Made by a program: the position numbers and the translations under genes. Shown here piece after piece: positions 1 through 8,609 of a stretch of 64,000 bases of DNA. The notes beneath the pieces were generated by a model that worked only from the letters and a program-made list of their open reading frames with translations, was not told the origin of the DNA and searched no databases. How positions within the stretch are numbered: the stretch's first letter is position 1; every line of letters begins with the position of its first letter. This DNA comes from Candidatus Doudnabacteria bacterium (lineage in GTDB: Bacteria; Patescibacteriota; Doudnabacteria; UBA920), in the NCBI GenBank assembly GCA_963837465.1, contig CAWINB010000001.1, positions 629,646 to 693,645 on the forward strand, written 5' to 3'.

Positions 1-830
1 AGCGTGGATAAATTCCTGGCAAACCGCGACAGGTAAATTTTAATGAAAATATCGCCGATGATGGGAAATTTAATCTTAAGCAAATCCCAATAATGTCTGC
101 CTATATCGGTGGAAGTATAATAACGGGAGCCCAAAATTAACCCGGCGACACCAATAAAACAAAGCCACCAGAACTGGTTAAAAAAATTAGAAAAATCAAT
201 AATAGCCACGGTTACCGGCGGTAAGCTGCCGCCTTGTTCTATAAGCACCGAGGTTAAATTGGGTATAACGAACTTAAACATCAGCAGCGCGATGCCGACC
301 AAAGCCACCAGTACGAATATCGGGTAGGTCATGGCGCTTTTGACTTTGCCTTTAAGTTCGTAATCCTTTTCCAGCTGGTCCGCCAGATAAACCAGGGACT
401 TATCCAAAGAACCTGAAGCCTCGCCGGCTATAACCAAATTAACGTAAACGTTGCCGAAAACTTTTTCGTGCCTGGCCATGGCGGAAGAAAGGCTGTCGCC
501 GTTCTGCACCGCCGTGACCAAATCTTCGGTAATGGACAGCAGGTACTTGGAAGTCAGCTGTTCCTCCAGTATTTTTAAAGCCTGGATTATTGGGACGCGG
601 GCGGAAATAAGCGTGGCCAACTGTCGCGAAAAAAGCACCAGGTCCTTATTGCTGACCGACTTGCCGAAAGGGTTGAATTTTTCAAACGGGTTGTCTTCCT
701 GTTTGGCCAAAGAAATAATAACCAGGCCGTTTTCGGCCAGCAAATGCTCGGCTTTGCCCTCGTCCTGGGCTACCACCACCCCGCTTTGGATAGCCCCCTC
801 CGCGTTTTTTGCTTTGTATGAAAAGTTCAT
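1..830 (-). CDS. pilC: Type II secretion system F family / type IV pilus platform protein (5' part; runs off window start)
   Basis: Manual translation from ATG at 830: MNFSYKAKNAEG...DLVLFSRQLATLISARVPIIQAL..., a T2SSF signature; last gene of the pilMNO-pilB-pilT cluster in this window. Confidence 0.9.
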   Translation of the reverse strand, partial: MNFSYKAKNAEGAIQSGVVVAQDEGKAEHLLAENGLVIISLAKQEDNPFEKFNPFGKSVSNKDLVLFSRQLATLISARVPIIQALKILEEQLTSKYLLSITEDLVTAVQNGDSLSSAMARHEKVFGNVYVNLVIAGEASGSLDKSLVYLADQLEKDYELKGKVKSAMTYPIFVLVALVGIALLMFKFVIPNLTSVLIEQGGSLPPVTVAIIDFSNFFNQFWWLCFIGVAGLILGSRYYTSTDIGRHYWDLLKIKFPIIGDIFIKIYLSRFARNLST

Positions 831-874
831 TGGTAAGTTGTATGTTGTAAGTTGGTAAGTTGGTAAGTAACTTA

Positions 875-1035
875 GAAGCTGTTTAAAAAGTCATTTGGGC
901 CGCAATTCCAGAATGTTTGGCGCCTTGCCGAAAAAAATTTTTCCGCTTAGCTTTAGGCTAAACGTCAAAATTTGTTTCCGTCAATCCGCGCAAAATTCTG
1001 TAATTTCGCCTACAAAGCACTTTTTAAACATCTTC
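875..1035. repeat. ~160-bp palindromic MITE-like repeat, copy 1 (reverse orientation relative to copies 2 and 3)
   Basis: Ends GAAGCTGTTT...AAACATCTTC; reverse complement contains AACAAATTTTGACGTTTAGCCTAAAGCTAAGCGGAAAAATTTTT, matching the cores at ~27690 and ~61730. Confidence 0.7.
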
Positions 1036-1068
1036 TTAGAACTTACAACTTACCAACTTACAACTTGT

Positions 1069-2139
1069 TTACGATATCAACGACATAAAGTACTCCTTGT
1101 CCACGACAAAATTCTGCGCCGCGTCAAGATCCACTTGTCCCTGCTTGACCAAAAGGGCCAGTATTTTATCCAGCGGCACCATCCCCTCTTCCAGGCTGGT
1201 GTGGATGATGTTGGAGATTTCGTAAATTTTGTTGTCGCGGATAACATTCCTGACCGCGTGGTTGACCATTAAAATTTCGTAAGCCGGAACCCTTCCGCCG
1301 CCTATCTTGGGCAAAAGCCTTAAGGAGACAACCCCCACCAGCACCGAGGCCAGCTGGGCGCGAATCTGCTGCTGCTGATCCGGGGAAAAAACATCAACAA
1401 TACGGTCTATGGTCTGGGCGGCATTGTTGGTGTGGAGGGTGGCAAAAACCAAGTGGCCGGTTTCCGCCACTGTCAGAGCCGCGGAAACGGACTCCAGGTC
1501 GCGCATCTCCCCTACCAGCACCACGTTAATATCCTCCCGCAACGCCGCCCGCAGGGCGCTGCCAAAACTTGGCGTATCCAGATACAACTCCCTTTGGGAA
1601 ATAATGGATTTATTGGGCGTAAACACAAATTCAATAGGGTCTTCAATGGTCAAAATATGTTCGGCCCGCGTTTGGTTTATTTCATTGACCATAGCAGCCA
1701 AAGCCGTTGATTTGCCGTGTCCTGTCGGGCCAACCATCAGCACCAGGCCCTGCTTCCTTTGTATGAACTGTTTCAGCACGCTCGGCAAATTCAACTCTTC
1801 CATGGTTTTGATATGATTTGGAATGACCCGTAAGGCAACCCCCAAAACACCCTTTTGCCTGTAGGCATTTACGCGAAAACGGATATTGTCCTTAAACGCG
1901 TAGGAAAAATCAACCTCCATATCCTGGTCGAACATTTTTTTCTGCTCCGGAGTCAGAAGGATGCCGAGCAAATCATTAACACTGTCGTTGGACAGGACCT
2001 CGTAGTTATCCAGACGCAAAAGTTCCGTGTCCACGCGGATAACCGGAGGTTCGCCGACCATTAAGTGCAAATCCGAAGCGTCCCGCTCCAGGATGACCGA
2101 AAGCAGTTTATTTAATTCCAGTTCACTGGCTTTGTACAT
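1069..2139 (-). CDS. pilT: Type IV pilus retraction ATPase
   Basis: ASDLHL, Walker A GPTGHGKST, TIEDPIE, ALREDINVVLVGEMRD, AETGHLVFATLHT. Confidence 0.95.
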   Translation of the reverse strand: MYKASELELNKLLSVILERDASDLHLMVGEPPVIRVDTELLRLDNYEVLSNDSVNDLLGILLTPEQKKMFDQDMEVDFSYAFKDNIRFRVNAYRQKGVLGVALRVIPNHIKTMEELNLPSVLKQFIQRKQGLVLMVGPTGHGKSTALAAMVNEINQTRAEHILTIEDPIEFVFTPNKSIISQRELYLDTPSFGSALRAALREDINVVLVGEMRDLESVSAALTVAETGHLVFATLHTNNAAQTIDRIVDVFSPDQQQQIRAQLASVLVGVVSLRLLPKIGGGRVPAYEILMVNHAVRNVIRDNKIYEISNIIHTSLEEGMVPLDKILALLVKQGQVDLDAAQNFVVDKEYFMSLIS

Positions 2140-2148
2140 AATATTTGG

Positions 2149-2190
2149 ACGATTAACGATTAACGATTAACGATTAACGATTAACGATTA
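2149..2190. repeat. Heptamer tandem repeat (ACGATTA)x6, followed by degenerate inverted copies
   Basis: Six perfect units read directly; related inverted arrays at 2657-2730 and ~38977-39006. Confidence 0.9.
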
Positions 2191-2231
2191 ACCCCATGGT
2201 AAAACGGCGGTTAATGGTTAATTGCCAATTG

Positions 2232-2651
2232 TCAATTGTTTAAGAGCGCTTTGACTATGTCAACCACATCCTGCGGACGGGTTAGCTGTCGGTTAATATG
2301 GCCGGTCGCTCCGGCGTTCATAAGAAGGCCCAGATTTTTGGCGTTTAAATTATAAGCCGTGGTCACGACAAGCAAACGGGGAAACTCGGACTTAAAGTCA
2401 GCTCCCAGCAGATGCTCGACGCCCCGGCTGTCGGCATTAACCAAAAGCAGGTGGGGGGAAAAATTCGCGAGTGCCGCTTTTATTTGGTCCAAACGCGGAC
2501 AATGCTTAATATCAAAATTATGAGCCTCCAAATAATGGCCGTAAAGGGCCGAGAGATAGCTTTCCGGCTCTGAAATGAGGATTTTTTTTGGCGGAGCGGA
2601 CAAACCGGCCAAATCCTTTAAATATAATTTTTGTCTGAATAAATAAGCCAT
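2232..2651 (-). CDS. Receiver (CheY-like) domain protein, probably atypical
   Basis: KILISEPESYL...HLLLVNAD...AGATGHIN receiver-like pattern; the usual acidic residues appear replaced. Confidence 0.55.
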   Translation of the reverse strand: MAYLFRQKLYLKDLAGLSAPPKKILISEPESYLSALYGHYLEAHNFDIKHCPRLDQIKAALANFSPHLLLVNADSRGVEHLLGADFKSEFPRLLVVTTAYNLNAKNLGLLMNAGATGHINRQLTRPQDVVDIVKALLNN

Positions 2652-2738
2652 GTGTTTTAACGATTAACAATTGACGATTAACAATTAACATAAAGGCACA
2701 GTTAATTGTAAATTGTTAATCGTTAATTGTTGTCTCCC

Positions 2739-4496
2739 TTACTCCGTTGTCACCCTGATGATTTCATCCATAGTTGTTTCTCCGCGCAGGATTTTAAGTA
2801 TGCCGTCCTGCTTCATGGTAATCATCCCGAGTTTGCGGGCCTCTTCGTAAATTTTACCGGATGAGGCATGGGCCAGCACCAGGTCCTGGATTTCCGGGGT
2901 ACAGGGCAGCACCTCGTAAATCCCCTCGCGGCCCTTATAGCCGGTATGTCCGCACTTGTCGCAGCCTTCGCCTTTTGAAATTTTTAAATTTTTTGTGTCC
3001 AAACCCTCCAGGTAATCATCCGGCACTCCAACCAGCTGCTTTCTTATTTCATCTTCCACAATCTTGGTCAGTTCCGTCGGTTTTACGCAATTAGGACAAA
3101 TTTTCCGAACCAAGCGCTGGGCAGCCACAACATTCACGGACGCCGCCAGCAAAAAAGCCTCCACGCCCATATCCATAAGCCTGGCCATGGCACCTATGGC
3201 GTTGTTGGTATGCAGGGTGGAAAAAACCAAGTGGCCGGTAAGAGCAGCCTGCACGGCCAGTTCGGCGGTCTCCTTGTCGCGGATTTCACCGACCATAACG
3301 ATATTGGGGTCCTGACGCAAAATACTGCGGAGCCCGGCGGCAAAAGTCATGCCGATGTCGGAATTTATCTGGCTTTGGTTGACGCCTTCAATAAAATATT
3401 CCACAGGGTCTTCCAGAGTCACAATATTAACCGCGGTGGTATTTAAGATGGAAAGGATGGCGTAAAGAGTCGTTGACTTACCGCTGCCGGTAGGGCCGGT
3501 AATAAGAAAAATACCATGGGTTTTTTTAATGTTGTCCTTAACCCAGGTTAAAGCCCTGCCCCTGAAGCCCAACTGTTCCAAAGTCGGCACGCTGCCGGTT
3601 TTATCCAGAATACGCATGACAATTTTTTCACCGTAGATGAGCGGCAAAATTGAAACACGCAAATCAACGGATTTTTTTCCCACATCCATATGGAAGCGGC
3701 CGTCCTGGGGCAGGCGCGATTCATCAATTTTCAGATTGGACAAAATTTTAATTCTGGTCATAATCGCCTGATGAACGCTTTTGGGCAGCATCAGGGAAGT
3801 ATGCAGGATACCGTCTATGCGGTAACGCACGCGGACGTCTTTTTCCGAAGGCTCAATATGGATATCGGAAGCGTTGGCCTCAATGGCGTTGGTTAAAATT
3901 ACCTCCACAATCTTGATAATCGGCGCCTCTTCCAGCACCACGGACTTGGTTTCTTTTTTCTCCTCCGCCGGCTTGCGCACGTCTTCCTTGGTCTGGATAT
4001 CCTTTAACGCCTCGCCGACAACTTTTTTTAAATTCTGCTTTTTGCCTATGACTACGCCCACGGAAGTTTCCGAGGCCAGATAAAGCTGGACCTGGAAATT
4101 CTGTTTCTGTCCCAAAAATTCCAAAGCCTCCAGGGCCGAAAGGTTGGCAGGATCGGTAATGGCGACCTTTAGGCCGCGGCCGGAGAGTTCAAAGGGCACA
4201 AAGTTGTAAAAATTTACCGACTCCTGGGGAATTAAGGAAAGCACCGAAGCCGGGACTTGCGTCTGCCGCAAATCCACGTAAGGTATGTTAAAGAAAGCGG
4301 CTCTGGCTTTGGCCAAATCCTCTTCTTCCAAAGCTTTCTGCGCGACCAGCAATTGGCCAAAATCCTGGCCGGTTTGCTGCTGCATGGCCTGGATTTCCGC
4401 GGCTACCTGAGCTTTAACAAAACCATTGTCGACCAGAAACTTTTCAAAGCCGAGGGAAGCGGAGTTCGCCAAACTGGTTTTTAATTGAGGGTCCAT
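2739..4496 (-). CDS. pilB: Type IV pilus assembly ATPase GspE/PilB with N-terminal domain
   Basis: ASDIHIEP, RLPQDGR, GPTGSGKST, LRQDPNIVMVGEIRD, two CxxC motifs. Confidence 0.95.
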   Translation of the reverse strand: MDPQLKTSLANSASLGFEKFLVDNGFVKAQVAAEIQAMQQQTGQDFGQLLVAQKALEEEDLAKARAAFFNIPYVDLRQTQVPASVLSLIPQESVNFYNFVPFELSGRGLKVAITDPANLSALEALEFLGQKQNFQVQLYLASETSVGVVIGKKQNLKKVVGEALKDIQTKEDVRKPAEEKKETKSVVLEEAPIIKIVEVILTNAIEANASDIHIEPSEKDVRVRYRIDGILHTSLMLPKSVHQAIMTRIKILSNLKIDESRLPQDGRFHMDVGKKSVDLRVSILPLIYGEKIVMRILDKTGSVPTLEQLGFRGRALTWVKDNIKKTHGIFLITGPTGSGKSTTLYAILSILNTTAVNIVTLEDPVEYFIEGVNQSQINSDIGMTFAAGLRSILRQDPNIVMVGEIRDKETAELAVQAALTGHLVFSTLHTNNAIGAMARLMDMGVEAFLLAASVNVVAAQRLVRKICPNCVKPTELTKIVEDEIRKQLVGVPDDYLEGLDTKNLKISKGEGCDKCGHTGYKGREGIYEVLPCTPEIQDLVLAHASSGKIYEEARKLGMITMKQDGILKILRGETTMDEIIRVTTE

Positions 4497-4518
4497 AAAT
4501 AAGGGGTTTAAACAAGTT

Positions 4519-4815
4519 CTAAGGAGCTGTCGCGGGTGCCTGAATCAGGTTTTGCGGGGGTATTCCAATCTGGCCAGGGCTAACCTGCTGATACCGCACT
4601 TGTCCAAATTGAAAAGGACGGCTGGTTAAGACGCTGAAATCCAGGCTGTTACCATAGGGTAAAATGCTTTGGGGAGTCTGGACGGACTGGGCAACGGCCG
4701 CATTGGCCGCTAACTCAGACGGGCTGTTGGATTTAAAAAACCCATTATATAAAACCAGACCCGCGGCCGCGAAACAAATCAACATTATTATAATTTGGAT
4801 ATTTTGCTTACTCAT
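4519..4815 (-). CDS. Small single-TM protein in pilus operon
   Basis: N-terminal hydrophobic helix; lies between pilO and pilB. Confidence 0.6.
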   Translation of the reverse strand: MSKQNIQIIIMLICFAAAGLVLYNGFFKSNSPSELAANAAVAQSVQTPQSILPYGNSLDFSVLTSRPFQFGQVRYQQVSPGQIGIPPQNLIQAPATAP

Positions 4816-4862
4816 TTCAATTTAAGACCTGTTTTTAAATTTTTAAGATATATCCCGGTTAA

Positions 4863-5501
4863 TTAAGGAGCCAAATAATATGAATTGACCCCTATCTGCA
4901 AACTAAGCTCGCCTTTGGTGGAGCTGGTTATATTTAAAGAATCGATATCAATAATCCGGCCGCTGTTTTCTATTTTTTCCAAAAATGCTTCCAGTTGGTC
5001 AAAACTACCGACAACCGAGACGGAACCGGATAAAGTATGAAGTGTCCTTTGGGCGCCGTAAGGGTTGTCCAACAGGCTCTTATCCCCCGACACCACATCG
5101 TCGGTTTGTCCGGATAAGGTGATACTGTCTATGCTCACTCCTACTGACTGGGCCAGACTCTGAACCAATAGCTGCAGCCTTATCACATTGCCGTCCAAAG
5201 GCAACGCCTCATCCAGCTGCTGAACTTGCTGCTGGTTGGCATTAAGCTGCGGCACTAACTGCCGCAGGGTTTTTAAAGTGGTGGCCATTTGGGATTCCTG
5301 CCCCCGCAAAGTAGCTAATGAGGCTTGGGAGGTTGCGATTTCAGCTTTTTTAGGCAGGACCACAAACCACCAAAACAGGCCGATTATCGCCACCATAAGA
5401 ACTGATTCCATAATGGAATTTCTTTGGGAGCCAGCTTTGGGTTTTAGGCTGGATTTGGCGTTAGCCGTGAAGTTTACGTTTTGCAATAAGTTAGCGCTCA
5501 T
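4863..5501 (-). CDS. pilO: Type IV pilus assembly protein PilO-like
   Basis: TM helix, coiled coil, ALP motif and GSFDQLEAFLEKIENSGRIIDI; position after pilM/pilN. Confidence 0.8.
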   Translation of the reverse strand: MSANLLQNVNFTANAKSSLKPKAGSQRNSIMESVLMVAIIGLFWWFVVLPKKAEIATSQASLATLRGQESQMATTLKTLRQLVPQLNANQQQVQQLDEALPLDGNVIRLQLLVQSLAQSVGVSIDSITLSGQTDDVVSGDKSLLDNPYGAQRTLHTLSGSVSVVGSFDQLEAFLEKIENSGRIIDIDSLNITSSTKGELSLQIGVNSYYLAP

Positions 5502-5527
5502 GGAGTGTTTGGCAAAATAATGTTCTT

Positions 5528-5837
5528 GGAGTCTGTTTAATAAAGGTTCCCCGCGGCAGAGCTGACGAGGTATTAACGCGGGAGCGGCTATCTTTTCGGA
5601 GCGGAGCTCCGCGGTGTTTAACCTGTATCAGCTCCCCGGTTCGGAAATTAAACAGCAAGCTGTTTAATTTCTCCCGCTCTTACGCCCGCGAATAAATTAC
5701 TTTTGTCGCGAAATTTCAGAATTTTGAGCGAAAAGCTTGAAATAAAATGAAATAATACTTAAGCATCGTGAGTTTTGACGAGAATTCTGCGGCCAAAATT
5801 CTGAAATTACAGCCAAATTAATGTTTAAACAGACCCC
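5528..5837. repeat. Extended/nested member of the MITE-like palindromic family
   Basis: Ends GTCTGTTTAA...TTAAACAGAC; internal arms GCGAAATTTCAGAATTTTGAGCG and GGCCAAAATTCTGAAATT match the other copies; abuts the pilN stop codon. Confidence 0.6.
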
Positions 5838-6430
5838 TAATTACCGGAGCCGGAAATTGCCGGATTGTACTGCACCAGAGAAGGATCGTAATCCATTTGG
5901 ACGTTGAATTTAATAGCGTTTGAGTCAGTACCGCCGACTTTATTAAATCCGTCTACGCGGACATTGCTAAAATACTTGTTAAAAGCCGGGAGATTAAAAA
6001 CCTGCATATACTGGTCAAGGTCCTGAAGGCTCGGCACTTCGGCCGACAAAGTTAAAGAATCGCTGGTCGGGTCTACCGTGAGGTTGTCATAGCTGGCGGT
6101 ATTTAGGGTGGCACTGGCCAATTCCGGAAATAATTGCGACCAATAAAGATGGGCGGCGACAAGGCTGTTTAAATCCTTAATCTGCAGTTGGCGGGTCAAA
6201 AGTTCCTGCCGCTGACTCAGATTATCCGCGGTCTCGCTGTCGTTGGCGAGCTGGGCCTGCGCGGCCACAGTTTGGTTTTCAATGCTGCGCTGCTTAAAAA
6301 AAAGCCAGGCGTAATAAACCAAAACCAAAAACAAGACCAACATGAAAAATCGGGCCAAAATTTTATAGGTCGCCGAACCTATGCTGTGGCGGGCGGCGGA
6401 GTTTTGTTTTAGTAAATTAATCTGAGCCAC
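5837..6430 (-). CDS. pilN: PilN-like fimbrial assembly protein
   Basis: N-terminal INLL motif, TM helix, coiled coil; follows pilM. Confidence 0.7.
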   Translation of the reverse strand: MAQINLLKQNSAARHSIGSATYKILARFFMLVLFLVLVYYAWLFFKQRSIENQTVAAQAQLANDSETADNLSQRQELLTRQLQIKDLNSLVAAHLYWSQLFPELASATLNTASYDNLTVDPTSDSLTLSAEVPSLQDLDQYMQVFNLPAFNKYFSNVRVDGFNKVGGTDSNAIKFNVQMDYDPSLVQYNPAISGSGN

Positions 6431-6537
6431 GAAGTTTTTAAATTCCCAATTTCAAATTACAATTACCAAATGCGCGCGAAAAACAGCTGGGCATCGGGGC
6501 TTAATTTGAAATTTGATATTTGCAATTTGGCATTTTA

Positions 6538-7551
6538 TTATTCGTTTCTTAAAGATAGTCCGATGGCGATAGGAAGGCTTAAAGCATAGCGTTTTAGCAC
6601 AGCTTCGGAATCTTTTTTATAAGCCAAAGTTTTTAAAGGATTCCCCAGCTCCACCTTGACGTTTAAGTCGGCAAAAAAATCCACAATACCTGGCAAATTC
6701 GCGCCGCCGCCGACCAGTAATATCTTTTCTACCTGCATATTTTGCGAAGCGGAAATATTGAGCAGCTGCTTAACCTCATTTTTAATGGTATTTAAAACCG
6801 GCCGCACTGTTTCCGGAATAAAAGTAGACCCGCTGATCCCAAAATCCTTTTTAAACTGCTCGGCCCTGGCCAGGCTTATATTTAAAGTCTTGGCGATTTT
6901 ATCGGTAATGGTATCACCCCCGATACTTAAATTCCGCGAGAGTCTCAAAAAGCCATTCTCTATAATATTCAGTCCGGTACTGCAGGCTCCTATATCTATT
7001 ATAACACAGTTAACCGGCATGTTTCCTATTAAGGAACGGGTTAAAGCCAGCGCCTCGATTTCGCCGATTTCCGGGCTTAAACCAGCCAAATCAAAAACCT
7101 GCATATAATTTTTGGTGACCTGTTTGGGCACGGCTGTCAACAAAACTTTCTGGTTACCGCCCAGGCCGCTATGGTCGGCAATGACGGACCAGGATAAATC
7201 AACTTCCGACAAAGCCAACGGTACGTATTTTTTTGCCTCAAACTCCACGGCTGAAGCCAATTCACTCTCGTTCATTTTAGGCAACTGGATGACAGAGGTA
7301 AATACGGCGCTGTTGGGAAAACTAATGACACAGCGATTGGCAGTCACCCCGGCTTTTTCCACCAGAGACCTTAAGATATCAGCCGTTTGCTTAACCGCCA
7401 CCGCGCTATTTTTGCCGCTTAACTGATAAGGGGTGTTAACAATGCCGTAAGTATCCAAAACCGCCGCGCCTTCGTGGGTAATTTGCGCGATTTTAATATT
7501 GGAAGTTCCTATATCCACTCCCAAAATTGATTTTTTTTTGGAAAAAAACAT
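6538..7551 (-). CDS. pilM: Type IV pilus assembly protein PilM (actin-like)
   Basis: LGVDIGTSNIK, IIDIGA, LVGGGANLPG, AIGLSLR. Confidence 0.93.
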   Translation of the reverse strand: MFFSKKKSILGVDIGTSNIKIAQITHEGAAVLDTYGIVNTPYQLSGKNSAVAVKQTADILRSLVEKAGVTANRCVISFPNSAVFTSVIQLPKMNESELASAVEFEAKKYVPLALSEVDLSWSVIADHSGLGGNQKVLLTAVPKQVTKNYMQVFDLAGLSPEIGEIEALALTRSLIGNMPVNCVIIDIGACSTGLNIIENGFLRLSRNLSIGGDTITDKIAKTLNISLARAEQFKKDFGISGSTFIPETVRPVLNTIKNEVKQLLNISASQNMQVEKILLVGGGANLPGIVDFFADLNVKVELGNPLKTLAYKKDSEAVLKRYALSLPIAIGLSLRNE

Positions 7552-7675
7552 TCAAATCCAATTTTTTTATTTCTTTTGGTAAACGGCCGGAAAAAGCAAA
7601 TTATTTCATTTATAATAATACATTTTGCGCCTGTTGTCAAAATTTTCAATATTTGGTAGAATTTGAAAGATGTAG

Positions 7676-7752
7676 GGGCGTATAGCTCAGTTGGTTAGAG
7701 CGCGTCACTGATAATGACGAGGTCCTTGGTTCGAATCCAAGTACGCCCACCA
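7676..7752 (+). tRNA. tRNA-Ile(GAT)
   Basis: Acceptor GGGCGTA/TACGCCC, anticodon arm CGTCA-CTGATAA-TGACG, GGTTCGAATCC, encoded CCA. Confidence 0.96.
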
Positions 7753-7870
7753 GCCTTCGCTAAAGCTTCGGCTGGCTTCGCCCCAATAAGTCAGCGTTGA
7801 TAAATACTTAAAAGCCGAAAATAGTACTCAGCGAAGGCCGCGCGCCGAAGTCTGACGAAGGCGGGCCTAT

Positions 7871-8116
7871 ATGTTTTACGTTTATCTTATTTAAAGTATT
7901 AAGTCCCCAAAAGAGCGCTACACAGGTTTTACAGAGGATTTGAAACAAAGGCTCAAAGACCATAATAGCGGAAAGTCAACGCGTACAAATAAATTTAAAC
8001 CTTGGACGTTAATATCATATTTCGCTTTTTCTGATATAAATACCGCTAAAAGTTTTGAAGCTTATTTTAAAACCGGTTCCGGCAGAGCATTTTTGAAAAA
8101 TCATTTTTTAATCTAA
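7871..8116 (+). pseudogene. GIY-YIG nuclease family protein with in-frame TAA at codon 8
   Basis: MFYVYLI*SIKSPKERYTGFTEDLKQRLKDHNSGKSTRTNKFKPW...AKSFEAYFKTGSGRAFL; not in the ORF track. Confidence 0.85.
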
Positions 8117-8121
8117 AACTC

Positions 8122-8406
8122 ATGCCTTTCCTGGCCCGTTTTTTCCTCTCCATACTCACTTTCGCCGCCGGAATTTTGTGTATGAAGTATTCCGTGCAGA
8201 TAACCGAGCAGTTTTCCGGCAAAATAGATTTGGCGGAAAAATACCTGGGTGCAGGCATTGGCGCCGGCACCTACACTTGGTGGAAACTTTTTGGCCTTAT
8301 TCTGTGCGTAATTGCCGTGCTGTGGCTGTTTAACAAATTGCCGGGCGGCGGCGGCGCCAATCAGGCGGGTGTTCCCACTTCGTTGATTACGCGGATGCTG
8401 GTATAA
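8122..8406 (+). CDS. Small two-TM membrane protein
   Basis: Two hydrophobic helices flanking AEKYLGAG...TYTWWKLFG. Confidence 0.65.
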   Translation: MPFLARFFLSILTFAAGILCMKYSVQITEQFSGKIDLAEKYLGAGIGAGTYTWWKLFGLILCVIAVLWLFNKLPGGGGANQAGVPTSLITRMLV

Positions 8407-8485
8407 CCCCGGATAAGCCTGGGGTTTTTAAAAAATACCGCGCTTCCTGGTTTTTCCAATCTCCAACTATCCAACATCCAAACAC

Positions 8486-8561
8486 GGGCCGTTAGCTCAC
8501 TTGGTAGAGCGCCACATTTGCAATGTGGAGGCAACCGGTTCGAATCCGGTACGGTCCACCA
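8486..8561 (+). tRNA. tRNA-Ala(TGC)
   Basis: Acceptor GGGCCGT/ACGGTCC with G3:U70, anticodon arm CCACA-TTTGCAA-TGTGG, encoded CCA. Confidence 0.96.
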
Positions 8562-8609
8562 TATCGATTTTTAAAAGACAAAGTTTTAAAATAAACTTTA
8601 AATTACCCC

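Noticed and set aside
2149-2190. CRISPR array
   Set aside because: Contiguous 7-mers without spacers; no repeat-spacer array or cas gene was seen anywhere in the window.
7892-7894. Stop-codon reassignment (alternative genetic code)
   Set aside because: TAA, TAG and TGA all terminate well-conserved genes here; the in-frame TAAs in the GIY-YIG gene and uvrA are isolated lesions or errors.
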